Shown: positions 1 to 9,097 of the stretch, one piece after another
Numbering within the stretch: the stretch's first letter is position 1
How the letters are laid out: each line of letters opens with the position of its first letter
NCBI GenBank assembly: GCA_913050005.1
Contig: CAJXBI010000001.1
Coordinates: 16,566-80,565, forward strand
Origin: an uncultured Bacteroidota bacterium
Lineage (GTDB): Bacteria; Bacteroidota; Bacteroidia; NS11-12g; UBA9320
DNA length: 64,000 nucleotides
Reading direction: 5' to 3'
Translations under genes and position numbers: made by a program
Notes under the pieces: generated by a model
Database searches by the model: none
What the model saw: only the letters and a program-made list of their open reading frames with translations
Told to the model about the DNA's origin: nothing

Positions 1-2
1 GT

Positions 3-284
3 CGTGTTACCCTTCGCGGTGATAGAATGTATGAATTTTTAGATCGCTTTATTGCTGTTTCACTCCCTCGTGTGAGAGACTTCAATGGAATTAGCGATAA
101 AGGATTTGATGGACGTGGTAATTACTCAATGGGTGTTACTGAACAAATTATTTTTCCTGAAATAGATATTGACAAAGTATCAAGTATTAATGGCATGGAT
201 ATCACATTTGTAACTACTGCAAAGACTGATGTTGAGTGCCACAGTTTGTTAACAGAATTAGGATTACCTTTTATAAAGAAATAA
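3..284 (+). CDS. rplE: 50S ribosomal protein L5, 5'-truncated by the window edge
   Basis: Frame is open from base 3 ([15 protein letters not shown]...); L5 motifs [30 protein letters not shown]; precedes rpsN. Confidence 0.97.
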   Translation, partial: RVTLRGDRMYEFLDRFIAVSLPRVRDFNGISDKGFDGRGNYSMGVTEQIIFPEIDIDKVSSINGMDITFVTTAKTDVECHSLLTELGLPFIKK

Positions 285-291
285 GAAGAAG

Positions 292-561
292 ATGGCAAAA
301 GAATCAATGAAAGCAAGACAGCGTAAAAGAGAGCATGTGGTTAAAACCTATGCTGCTAAAAGATCTGCACTTAAAGAAGCTGGAGATTATGAGGGGCTTC
401 AGAAGCTACCTAGAAATGCTTCGCCTACCCGATTGAGAAATAGATGTTCTGCTACTGGCAGACCCAGAGGCTATATGAGAGATTTTGGAATTTCTAGAAA
501 TGTGTTTAGAGAAATGGCATCTAAAGGTTTAATCCCAGGTATAACTAAAGCAAGCTGGTAA
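292..561 (+). CDS. rpsN: 30S ribosomal protein S14, 89-aa zinc-independent (C-) form
   Basis: MAKESMKAR...[22 protein letters not shown]...[11 protein letters not shown]; only one Cys; spc operon position. Confidence 0.97.
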   Translation: MAKESMKARQRKREHVVKTYAAKRSALKEAGDYEGLQKLPRNASPTRLRNRCSATGRPRGYMRDFGISRNVFREMASKGLIPGITKASW

Positions 562-565
562 TAAT

Positions 566-973
566 ATGAGTAAAATTACAGACCCAATAGCAGATTACCT
601 TACTCGTGTGAGAAATGGTATTAAGTCAAATCACAGAATTGTTGATGTCCCTGCTTCAAATATTAAAAAAGCAATAACTCAGGTATTGTTTGATAAAGGC
701 TACATCCTTAATTACAAGTTTGACGATTCTGCAGGTTCACAAGGAACTATCAAGATTGCTTTAAAATATCATCCAACTACTAAGCTTTCTGCAATTAGAG
801 AGCTTAAGAGAGTTAGTAAACCTGGTTTAAGACAATATAGAAATGCTGAAGAATTGCCACGTGTTTTAAATGGTCTTGGTATTGCAATTGTTTCAACATC
901 GAAAGGTGTAATGACAGACAAAGAAGCAAGATCGCATCACGTAGGAGGAGAAGTTTTATGTTACGTATCTTAA
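566..973 (+). CDS. rpsH: 30S ribosomal protein S8
   Basis: DPIADYLTRVRN, SKPGLRQY, GLGIAIVSTSKGVMT, GGEVLCYV. Confidence 0.98.
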   Translation: MSKITDPIADYLTRVRNGIKSNHRIVDVPASNIKKAITQVLFDKGYILNYKFDDSAGSQGTIKIALKYHPTTKLSAIRELKRVSKPGLRQYRNAEELPRVLNGLGIAIVSTSKGVMTDKEARSHHVGGEVLCYVS

Positions 974-990
974 TTTAAAATTTAGAATAG

Positions 991-1539
991 ATGTCAAGAA
1001 TAGGAAATAATCCAATAGCTATACCCTCCAACGTGGAGATAAAAGTTGATGGGAATATGGTTGCTGTCAAAGGTCCAAAGGGAGAGCTTAAACAATCTGT
1101 TGATCTAATTAATGTAAAGGTTGAAGATAATCAGGTAATTCTATCAAGGTCCGGAGAATCCAAAGAAGAGAAGTCCAAACATGGACTTTATCGTTCTTTG
1201 ATTAATAATTGCATTGAGGGAGTTAGTAGAGGATTTAAAACTGAACAAGAACTTGTTGGGGTTGGTTATAGAGCAAGTGTAACTGGTCAATTATTAGAGC
1301 TAAATTTAGGTTTTTCGCATACTATTTTTATGCAAATTCCATCTGAAGTTAAGGTTACAACAGAAGTAGTTAAAGGTAAGCCACCTTTAGTAACTTTTGA
1401 AAGTATTGACAAGCAGCTACTAGGACAAGTAGCAGCCAAACTAAGAAGTCTACGTCCACCTGAGCCATACAAAGGCAAAGGAATTAAGTACAAAGGAGAA
1501 CAATTAAGAAGAAAAGCTGGTAAGACTGCAGCTAAATAA
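991..1539 (+). CDS. rplF: 50S ribosomal protein L6
   Basis: [42 protein letters not shown]. Confidence 0.98.
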   Translation: MSRIGNNPIAIPSNVEIKVDGNMVAVKGPKGELKQSVDLINVKVEDNQVILSRSGESKEEKSKHGLYRSLINNCIEGVSRGFKTEQELVGVGYRASVTGQLLELNLGFSHTIFMQIPSEVKVTTEVVKGKPPLVTFESIDKQLLGQVAAKLRSLRPPEPYKGKGIKYKGEQLRRKAGKTAAK

Positions 1540-1553
1540 TAGGTTATATTATT

Positions 1554-1898
1554 ATGATAAAAAGTAAAGCTACAAGAAGAGCTAAAATTAAAGACCGAAT
1601 CAGAAGTAAGATTCAAGGTACAGCAGAGATACCTAGACTTTGTGTTTTTAGAAGCAATAAGGCGATTTACGTACAACTTATTGATGATACCAAAGGAGAA
1701 ACAATATTGTCGGGTTCTTCATCAGGTATAGCTAAAGGTACAAAATCTGAGATTGCAAGAGAAGTTGGAAAGGTAATTGCTAAAAAAGCTACAGCAAATG
1801 GAATTGAAAGTGTAAAATTTGATAGAAATGGATACCTATACCACGGGAGAGTTAAGAATTTAGCTGAAGGTGCAAGAGAAGGAGGTTTAAAATTTTAA
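1554..1898 (+). CDS. rplR: 50S ribosomal protein L18
   Basis: [40 protein letters not shown]. Confidence 0.98.
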   Translation: MIKSKATRRAKIKDRIRSKIQGTAEIPRLCVFRSNKAIYVQLIDDTKGETILSGSSSGIAKGTKSEIAREVGKVIAKKATANGIESVKFDRNGYLYHGRVKNLAEGAREGGLKF

Positions 1899-1902
1899 TA
1901 AT

Positions 1903-2421
1903 ATGGCAACACAAACATTAAAACAAGTAAAAACAACAGATCTTGAACTTAAAGAGACTGTAGTAAATATTAATCGAGTAGCAAAAGTTACTAAAGGAGG
2001 TAGAACATTTAGTTTCAACGCGATTGTTGTAGTTGGAGACGGAAACGGTATTGTTGGCCACGGGCTTGGTAAAGCTGGTGAGGTAATAGATGCCATCCAA
2101 AAAGGTATTGAAGATGCAAAAAAGAACTTAATCAAAGTTCCACTGAATAACAATACAATACCTCATGAACAATATGGTAAGTATTCTGGTGGTAGAGTTT
2201 TTATGAAACCTGCCTCAAATGGTACAGGTGTAATTGCTGGAGGAGCAATGCGTGCCGTATTTGAAAGTGCTGGTATTCATGATGTTCTTGCAAAGTCAAA
2301 GGGTTCATCAAACCCGCACAATGTTGTTAAAGCTACAATTGATGCGCTATCGAAATTGAGAGATGCATACACTGTTGCAGAACAACGCGGGACAAATTTA
2401 AATAAAGTGTTTAACGGTTAA
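1903..2421 (+). CDS. rpsE: 30S ribosomal protein S5
   Basis: [44 protein letters not shown]. Confidence 0.98.
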   Translation: MATQTLKQVKTTDLELKETVVNINRVAKVTKGGRTFSFNAIVVVGDGNGIVGHGLGKAGEVIDAIQKGIEDAKKNLIKVPLNNNTIPHEQYGKYSGGRVFMKPASNGTGVIAGGAMRAVFESAGIHDVLAKSKGSSNPHNVVKATIDALSKLRDAYTVAEQRGTNLNKVFNG

Positions 2422-2426
2422 TCAAG

Positions 2427-2606
2427 ATGGGAAAGTTAAAAATTACACAAATTAAAAGTGCTATTAGAAGACCTGAGGATCAAAAACGCACATTGATTGC
2501 TCTAGGACTTAAAAAGTTAAATAAATCTAGAGTTATTCAAGAATCACAAACTGTATCAGGTATGATTCGTAAGGTGAGCCACTTATTAAAAGTAGAAAAA
2601 GTATAG
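2427..2606 (+). CDS. rpmD: 50S ribosomal protein L30 (59 aa, not in ORF track)
   Basis: Hand translation MGKLKITQIKSAIRRPEDQKRTLIALGLKKLNKSRVIQESQTVSGMIRKVSHLLKVEKV; canonical position between rpsE and rplO. Confidence 0.96.
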   Translation: MGKLKITQIKSAIRRPEDQKRTLIALGLKKLNKSRVIQESQTVSGMIRKVSHLLKVEKV

Positions 2607-2608
2607 TT

Positions 2609-3055
2609 ATGAATTTACATAGTTTAAAACCGGCTGTTGGTTCGGTTAAAAGAAGAAAAAGAATAGCTAGGGGACAGGGATCTGGTAGAGGAGGAACCTC
2701 AACTAAAGGTCATAAAGGCGCACAATCGAGAACAGGTTATAGTAGATCAGTTGGTTTTGAAGGGGGGCAAATGCCACTTCAGCGTAGAATTCCTAAGTTT
2801 GGATTTAAAAATCCTACTCGCGTTGAATATGTTGGTTTAAACTTAGATAGACTTCAAGATTTTATTGATAAAACCAAGGCAAAAGAAGTTACAACCTCAT
2901 CATTGATTGAAGCTAACGTAATCAAAAAGACAGAAATTGTTAAAATATTAGGTAGAGGCGAGTTGACCAGTAAGGTCGATGTTAAGGTGAATGCTTTTAC
3001 TAAAACAGCAAAAGCTGCTATAGAAAAAGCAGGAGGAACAGCGGAGGTTGTATAG
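2609..3055 (+). CDS. rplO: 50S ribosomal protein L15
   Basis: RGQGSGRGGTSTKGHKGAQSR, FEGGQMPLQRRIPKFGF, KILGRGEL. Confidence 0.98.
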   Translation: MNLHSLKPAVGSVKRRKRIARGQGSGRGGTSTKGHKGAQSRTGYSRSVGFEGGQMPLQRRIPKFGFKNPTRVEYVGLNLDRLQDFIDKTKAKEVTTSSLIEANVIKKTEIVKILGRGELTSKVDVKVNAFTKTAKAAIEKAGGTAEVV

Positions 3056-3059
3056 ATTT

Positions 3060-4433
3060 ATGAAAAAATTAATAAGTACATTAAAAAATATATTCTCAAT
3101 TGAAGATTTGAGGACTCGTCTTTTAAATCTTTTTTTATTGTTACTCGTATATCGTATAGGAACATTTATCGTGATTCCTGGAGTTGATCCACTTATCCTA
3201 AGCGATCCTAATTTTTACGGCAACAAAGAGTCTGGAGGTTTTTTAGGTCTTGTTAACACTTTTTCTGGTGGTGCCTTTGATAGAGTTTCTATTTTCGCTC
3301 TTGGTATCATGCCTTATATTTCTGCATCAATCGTTATTCAGCTTCTAACAGTTGCAGTTCCGACTTTTCAGAAAATGCAAAAAGAAGGTGAAGATGGGAG
3401 AAGAAAAATTAACGCAATAACAAGATATTTAACCATTGCAATAACAGCGGTTCAAGGAATGGCATATTTAGTAAACATGAAATCAACTTCAGGTTCAGGT
3501 AAGCCATTAGCTCTTATGTCAGAAACTTCTGATGTACTTGGTTGGACAACATTTTTAATTTTAGGTGTACTTATTTTGGTAGCTGGTACAATGTTTACTA
3601 TGTGGTTAGGAGAGAGAATTACTGATCGTGGTGTTGGTAATGGGATATCTATTATTATCATGGTAGGTATTATTGCTCGACTGCCATCTACATTACTAGC
3701 TGAAATTATCGATCGATTTGGAGGTAGTCAGGTGATGTTACTTATTGTTGAGCTTGTGATATGGGTGATTGTTATTCTCGCCGTAATTGCACTAGTTCAA
3801 GCTACACGAAGAATTCCCGTCCAATACGCAAAACGAATTGTTGGTAATAGACAAATGGGTGGAGTTAGACAATATCTTCCATTAAAAGTTAATGCTGCAG
3901 GTGTAATGCCTATCATTTTTGCTCAAGCATTAATGTTTTTGCCTGGATCAGCTGCAAGAATTCCTGGATTAGAAGATTCAGCATTTTTGAATTCACTTTC
4001 AAGACCAGATGAAATTGGATATAATATTCTGACATTTGTTCTTATTGTATTATTTACTTATTTCTATACTGCTATTACGATTAATCCAAATCAGATAGCG
4101 GATGATTTGAAAAGAAATGGTGGATTTATACCCGGCGTAAAGCCTGGTAGAAAAACAGCTAACTTTATAGGTTCTGTAATGTCACGTATCACACTTCCAG
4201 GGTCAGTTTTCCTTGGATTTGTCGCCATATTCCCATTTTTTGCAATTCGAGCGGGTGTAAATGACCAGTTTGCACAATTTTATGGTGGTACTTCATTGCT
4301 AATTATGGTCGGAGTTGTGCTTGATACACTTCAACAGGTTGAGCAATACCTTATTATGAGACATTATGATGGTTTAATGAAAACTGGAAGAATTAAAGGG
4401 AGATCTTCCTCTGGTGGAGCAATAACAGGATAG
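3060..4433 (+). CDS. secY: Preprotein translocase subunit SecY
   Basis: SIFALGIMPYISASIVIQLL, WLGERIT, GNGISIII, LKVNAAGVMPIIFA, FIPGVKPG, GGTSLLIMVGV; start placed at ATG 3060, just after the rplO stop. Confidence 0.98.
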   Translation: MKKLISTLKNIFSIEDLRTRLLNLFLLLLVYRIGTFIVIPGVDPLILSDPNFYGNKESGGFLGLVNTFSGGAFDRVSIFALGIMPYISASIVIQLLTVAVPTFQKMQKEGEDGRRKINAITRYLTIAITAVQGMAYLVNMKSTSGSGKPLALMSETSDVLGWTTFLILGVLILVAGTMFTMWLGERITDRGVGNGISIIIMVGIIARLPSTLLAEIIDRFGGSQVMLLIVELVIWVIVILAVIALVQATRRIPVQYAKRIVGNRQMGGVRQYLPLKVNAAGVMPIIFAQALMFLPGSAARIPGLEDSAFLNSLSRPDEIGYNILTFVLIVLFTYFYTAITINPNQIADDLKRNGGFIPGVKPGRKTANFIGSVMSRITLPGSVFLGFVAIFPFFAIRAGVNDQFAQFYGGTSLLIMVGVVLDTLQQVEQYLIMRHYDGLMKTGRIKGRSSSGGAITG

Positions 4434-4465
4434 TTTGTATAAGAGAATAAAAAAAATTAAATTTG
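4434..4465 (+). promoter_or_regulatory. Bacteroidota sigma-A-type internal promoter for the infA-rpmJ-alpha operon
   Basis: TTTG (4434-4437), 20-nt spacer, TAAATTTG (4458-4465); matches the -33/-7 consensus TTTG-N19-21-TAnnTTTG; 12 nt upstream of the infA ATG. Confidence 0.7.
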
Positions 4466-4477
4466 CAGCCCTTTAAA

Positions 4478-4696
4478 ATGGCAAAACAACAAGCAATAAA
4501 GCAAGATGGCGTAATCACTGAAGCATTGTCAAACGCAATGTTTAGAGTAAAACTCGAAAATGGTCACGAAATAGTAGCTACCATCAGTGGTAAAATGAGG
4601 ATGTATTATATCAGAATTCTGCCTGGCGATAAAGTACAAGTTGAAATGTCACCATATGATTTAACTAGGGGTAGAATTAGCTACAGATATAAATAA
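4478..4696 (+). CDS. infA: Translation initiation factor IF-1
   Basis: [54 protein letters not shown]; ATG at 4478. Confidence 0.98.
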   Translation: MAKQQAIKQDGVITEALSNAMFRVKLENGHEIVATISGKMRMYYIRILPGDKVQVEMSPYDLTRGRISYRYK

Positions 4697-4700
4697 CACA

Positions 4701-4817
4701 ATGAAAGTTAGAACATCAGTTAAGAAAAGATCTAGTGATTGTAAAATCGTTAGAAGGAAAGGACGTATTTACGTCATTAATAAAAAGAATCCAAGATTTA
4801 AGCAAAGACAAGGTTAA
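4701..4817 (+). CDS. rpmJ: 50S ribosomal protein L36, zinc-independent type (38 aa, not in ORF track)
   Basis: Hand translation [38 protein letters not shown]. Confidence 0.97.
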   Translation: MKVRTSVKKRSSDCKIVRRKGRIYVINKKNPRFKQRQG

Positions 4818-4820
4818 GAA

Positions 4821-5198
4821 ATGGCACGTATTGCAGGAATAGATTTACCAAAAGGTAAAAGAGGAGTCGTAGGACTAACTTACATCCATGGTATTGGTAG
4901 TAGTAGAGCTACTCACATTTTAGCCAAGGCTAAAGTTAGTGAAGATAAAAAAGTTCAAGATTGGTCAGATACTGATATCTCAGGGATTCGTGAGGTGATT
5001 GGTAAGGAGTTTAAGGTTGAAGGAGAGCTCCGATCTGAAGTTCAAATGAATATTAAACGTCTAATGGATATTGGATGCTACAGAGGTTTGAGACATCGAA
5101 AAGGTCTTCCTTTGAGAGGTCAGCGTACAAAAAATAACGCAAGAACTCGTAAAGGTAAAAAGAAAACAATGGCTAATAAGAAAAAAGCACCGAAATAA
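4821..5198 (+). CDS. rpsM: 30S ribosomal protein S13
   Basis: [42 protein letters not shown]. Confidence 0.98.
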   Translation: MARIAGIDLPKGKRGVVGLTYIHGIGSSRATHILAKAKVSEDKKVQDWSDTDISGIREVIGKEFKVEGELRSEVQMNIKRLMDIGCYRGLRHRKGLPLRGQRTKNNARTRKGKKKTMANKKKAPK

Positions 5199-5205
5199 TT
5201 AGATA

Positions 5206-5595
5206 ATGGCAGGTAGTAAAAAAACAGTTAATAAGAGAAAAGTTAGTATTGAATCTAATGGTTTTGCATATGTTAAATCTACATTCAATAATATCATAGT
5301 ATCAATTACAAACAATCAGGGACAAGTAATTTCTTGGAGTAGTGCTGGTAAAATGGGTTTTAGAGGTTCTAAGAAAAACACACCTTATGCTGCTCAAGTT
5401 GCAGCCCAAGATTGTGCTAAAGTTGCTATCGATCTTGGTCTTAAAAAAGTAGAAGTACTTGTTAAAGGGCCTGGTGCGGGTAGAGAATCGGCTATACGTA
5501 CGTTAAGTCAATCTGGTTTGGAGGTTTCTGCAATTAGAGATGTAACTCCACTTCCTCATAACGGATGTAGACCACCTAAAAGACGTAGAGTTTAA
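5206..5595 (+). CDS. rpsK: 30S ribosomal protein S11
   Basis: [50 protein letters not shown]. Confidence 0.98.
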   Translation: MAGSKKTVNKRKVSIESNGFAYVKSTFNNIIVSITNNQGQVISWSSAGKMGFRGSKKNTPYAAQVAAQDCAKVAIDLGLKKVEVLVKGPGAGRESAIRTLSQSGLEVSAIRDVTPLPHNGCRPPKRRRV

Positions 5596-5628
5596 TTTAT
5601 TGTAATTTAGATAAAATAGATAAATATA

Positions 5629-6231
5629 ATGGCAAGATATAGAGGACCAAAAGCTAAGATAGCACGTAAATTTAAAGAGCCTATTTTTGGACCATCGAAG
5701 GCGTTAGAAAAGAAAAACTACCCTCCTGGTCAGCATGGTAATTCACGACGAAGAGGTAAGAAATCTGAGTATGCTATTCAATTAGCTGAAAAGCAAAAAG
5801 CTAAATACACCTACGGTTTGCTCGAAAAGCAGTTCTCTTTAACTTTTAAAAGAGCAGCTCGTAAAAAAGGAATTACTGGGGAAAATCTCCTTAAATTTTT
5901 AGAAGCTAGATTAGATAATACAGTATTTAGAATGGGCATAGCTCCCACAAGAAGAGGTGCAAGGCAGTTAGTAGGGCACAAGCATATTCGTGTAAACGAT
6001 GTTATTACTAACATTCCGTCCTATCAAGTGAAGCCTGGAGATATTATTGAGGTTAGAGAAAAATCTAAATCTCTTGAGCTTATTTCAGATTCAACATCTG
6101 CTGGCAGATCGTTCAGTTGGTTAGAATTCGATAAAACAACATTAAAAGGTACTTTTTTAAACTACCCTGAAAGAGAAGATATTCCTGAGAATATCAAAGA
6201 ACAATTAATAGTAGAACTTTACTCAAAGTAA
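5629..6231 (+). CDS. rpsD: 30S ribosomal protein S4
   Basis: [50 protein letters not shown]. Confidence 0.98.
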   Translation: MARYRGPKAKIARKFKEPIFGPSKALEKKNYPPGQHGNSRRRGKKSEYAIQLAEKQKAKYTYGLLEKQFSLTFKRAARKKGITGENLLKFLEARLDNTVFRMGIAPTRRGARQLVGHKHIRVNDVITNIPSYQVKPGDIIEVREKSKSLELISDSTSAGRSFSWLEFDKTTLKGTFLNYPEREDIPENIKEQLIVELYSK

Positions 6232-6235
6232 CAAT

Positions 6236-7228
6236 ATGGCAATATTAGATTTTCAACAACCTGACAAGGTTATAATGCATAAAGAAACAGCCAACTATGG
6301 TATGTTTGAATTTAGTCCTTTAGAAAGAGGTTATGGTGTTACCGTTGGTAATGCTATGAGAAGAATTCTTCTTTCATCACTCGAAGGTTGGGCAATTACT
6401 TCTATTCGTATTCCTAGCGTAGATCATGAGTTTTCAACCATCAAAGGAATTTTGGAAGATGTAACAGAAATTATCCTTAATCTTAAGCAAGTTCGCTTCA
6501 AAAAGCTTATTGATTCAAATGATTCTGAAAAGATTTTTGTATCTATTAAAGGTAAGGAAAAGTTCAATGCTGGTGAAATAGCAAGATATACAAATGCATT
6601 CGAGATATTAAATCCTGATTTTGTGATTTGCAGTATGGAGCCATATGTTAGCCTTGAAATTGAGTTAACAGTTGAAAAAGGAAGAGGTTACGTGCCTGCT
6701 GAAGAAAATTCTATAGATAATGCTCCTATTGGAGAAATTTCTATTGATTCTATTTTTACACCAATTAAAAATGTGAAGTATCATGTTGAAGATTTTCGTG
6801 TTGAACAAAAAACAGATTATGAGAAGCTCATATTTGAGGTTAAAACTGATGGTTCAATTCATCCAGAGGAAGCCTTGAAAGAGGCGTCTAAAATAATGAT
6901 GAGACACCTTGTTTTATTCTCAGATGAGAGTATTCTCGAGGATACACAAGTACATTCTCAGAAAAATGAAGTTGACGAGAATATGCTACACATGAGAAAA
7001 ATACTCAAGACTTCATTATCAGACCTTGACTTATCAGTTAGAGCGTATAATTGTTTAAAAGCTGCTGAAATCAGAACGCTAGGGGAGTTAGTTAGTTTCC
7101 ATATTGAGGATTTATTGAAGTTTAGAAATTTTGGTAAAAAGTCACTTACAGAATTAGAAGATTTTGTGAAAGAAAAAGGATTGAACTTTGGTATGGATGT
7201 ATCTAAATACAACCTTGACGACGAATAA
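6236..7228 (+). CDS. rpoA: DNA-directed RNA polymerase subunit alpha
   Basis: [54 protein letters not shown]. Confidence 0.99.
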   Translation: MAILDFQQPDKVIMHKETANYGMFEFSPLERGYGVTVGNAMRRILLSSLEGWAITSIRIPSVDHEFSTIKGILEDVTEIILNLKQVRFKKLIDSNDSEKIFVSIKGKEKFNAGEIARYTNAFEILNPDFVICSMEPYVSLEIELTVEKGRGYVPAEENSIDNAPIGEISIDSIFTPIKNVKYHVEDFRVEQKTDYEKLIFEVKTDGSIHPEEALKEASKIMMRHLVLFSDESILEDTQVHSQKNEVDENMLHMRKILKTSLSDLDLSVRAYNCLKAAEIRTLGELVSFHIEDLLKFRNFGKKSLTELEDFVKEKGLNFGMDVSKYNLDDE

Positions 7229-7239
7229 TATTATAAAAA

Positions 7240-7908
7240 ATGAGGCACGGGAAAAAATTCAACCATTTAGGTAGAAAGAAAGGACACAGAGATGCAATGT
7301 TGAGTAACATGGCTGCTTCACTCCTTACGCATAAACGTATATTTACGACGACTGCAAAAGCAAAAGCTTTAAGAGTTTATGTAGAACCTTTGATTACTAA
7401 ATCTAAAGATAATACCACACACTCAAGAAGAGTAGTTTTTGGATACCTTCAAAGTAAGGGTGCTGTGAATGAACTATTTACAACCATTGCTCCTAAGGTT
7501 GCTGATCGACCAGGTGGATATACGCGTATTCTTAAGACACACAATCGTTTAGGTGATAATGCTGATATGTGTATGATGGAACTTGTTGATTTTAATGAAG
7601 CAATGCTTGAAGCTAAATCTTCAAAAGCTAAGGCTAAATCTGGTTCAAAGCGTACACGTAGAGGCAAGAAAACAGATAAACCTGCAGAAGCTACGGCTAC
7701 CGAAACTGTATCAGCTGAAGAACCTACACCTGTAGTTGAAGATGCTGTTGTTGTAGAAGAAAAAACTACCTCTAAAGAGGCATCTACCGAAGATACACCA
7801 AAAAAAGAAGCTAAAGCAAAAGTTGCTGAGAAAAAACCAGCTGCCAAAAAGAAAGCACCCGCTAAGAAAGCGGCTACAAAAAAAGAAGATAAAAAAGACG
7901 AAAAGTAA
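7240..7908 (+). CDS. rplQ: 50S ribosomal protein L17 with a ~100-aa low-complexity C-terminal tail
   Basis: [38 protein letters not shown]; K/A/E-rich tail after residue ~120. Confidence 0.97.
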   Translation: MRHGKKFNHLGRKKGHRDAMLSNMAASLLTHKRIFTTTAKAKALRVYVEPLITKSKDNTTHSRRVVFGYLQSKGAVNELFTTIAPKVADRPGGYTRILKTHNRLGDNADMCMMELVDFNEAMLEAKSSKAKAKSGSKRTRRGKKTDKPAEATATETVSAEEPTPVVEDAVVVEEKTTSKEASTEDTPKKEAKAKVAEKKPAAKKKAPAKKAATKKEDKKDEK

Positions 7909-7928
7909 TCTTCTTTTAATGATAAACC

Positions 7929-7963
7929 AAAAGAGGCTTCCAATTTTGGAAGCCTCTTTTTTT
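7929..7963 (+). terminator. Rho-independent terminator after rplQ, probably bidirectional
   Basis: Near-perfect hairpin AAAAGAGGCTTCCAA-TT-TTGGAAGCCTCTTTT followed by a T-run, with an A-run before it; lies between convergent rplQ and the M42 peptidase gene. Confidence 0.9.
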
Positions 7964-7980
7964 GTCATTGTTATTTTAAT

Positions 7981-9051
7981 TTACTTAAAGTATCTAAAAT
8001 CTTGCCCTGCTTTTAGAGAGCATATTGTATGATACATTAATTGAATGCAATTCTCAATATCTGTATATGCTACAGTCTCAACTGTGGTGTGCATGTATTT
8101 AAGGGGTAGAGATACTAAAGCTGAAGCTACACCAATGTCACTATACGCAAATGCATCTGTATCTGTTCCTGTACTTCTACTTGCCGCTTGTTTTTGAAGT
8201 GTTATCTTATTTTTATCAGCTACGTCAATGATGTGTTGGAGAAGATTATTTTGTACAGCTGGTCCAGTTGTTACCGCTGGTCCACCTCCACACGATGTAT
8301 CTCCCTGTACCTTTTTATTGTACATGGGGCTTTGTGTGTCGTGAGTTACGTCCGTTACAATTGCTACATTAGGTTTTAATCTACGACTAATCATCTCCGC
8401 ACCACGAAGACCTATTTCTTCTTGAACAGAGTTTACAATGTATAGCGTAAAGGGAAGTTCTTTTTTGTTCTCTTTAAGCATTCTTGCTACTTCGGCAATC
8501 ATGAAACCACCACCTCTATTATCAATAGCTCGAGCAACTACATACTTCTTATTAAGTTCCATCATTTCAGCATCAAAGGTAACCACAGTCCCGACATCGA
8601 TTCCCATGGCGAGTACTTCCTTTTTGTTGGCAGCACCCACATCTATAGTAAGATTTTTTAATGAGGGCTTTTCTTCTCTTTCTCGGTTACGAACATGGAT
8701 CGCAGGCCAACCAAATACTCCATCAACCTTTCCTTTCTGGGTATGTAGTTTGACACGCATACTTGGAGCTATCTGGTGATCACTTCCGCCATTACGGATG
8801 ACGTATATATACCCTTTCTCATCAATATAATTCACAAACCATGCTATTTCATCTGCATGAGCTTCTAATACTACTTTATAATCTTTACCTGGATTGACAA
8901 TCCCAACCACAGATCCATAAACATCCACCTCATATTCATCGATATAGGGTTTGAGATATTCCAACCATACTTTTTGTCCAGCAGTTTCAAAACCCGTGGG
9001 TGCGTTTGCATTCAGATAGTCACGTAAGAACTTTTTGCTTTCTTTTCTCAT
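7981..9051 (-). CDS. M42 family (TET-like) metalloaminopeptidase
   Basis: PTGFE, AHADEI, ARAIDNRGG, VQEEIGLRGA, DVTH, GTDTDA, LKYMHTTVE; start set at ATG 9051 because a -7 box overlaps the upstream TTG. Confidence 0.92.
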   Translation of the reverse strand: MRKESKKFLRDYLNANAPTGFETAGQKVWLEYLKPYIDEYEVDVYGSVVGIVNPGKDYKVVLEAHADEIAWFVNYIDEKGYIYVIRNGGSDHQIAPSMRVKLHTQKGKVDGVFGWPAIHVRNREREEKPSLKNLTIDVGAANKKEVLAMGIDVGTVVTFDAEMMELNKKYVVARAIDNRGGGFMIAEVARMLKENKKELPFTLYIVNSVQEEIGLRGAEMISRRLKPNVAIVTDVTHDTQSPMYNKKVQGDTSCGGGPAVTTGPAVQNNLLQHIIDVADKNKITLQKQAASRSTGTDTDAFAYSDIGVASALVSLPLKYMHTTVETVAYTDIENCIQLMYHTICSLKAGQDFRYFK

Positions 9052-9097
9052 TATGTACAAATTTAAGAGGATGTAAGGTTTAAAAAATTTGTTTTCT

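Noticed and set aside
285-7240. Absence of Shine-Dalgarno sequences before ribosomal protein genes
   Set aside because: An established phylum-wide Bacteroidota trait (A-rich initiation regions), so not novel.
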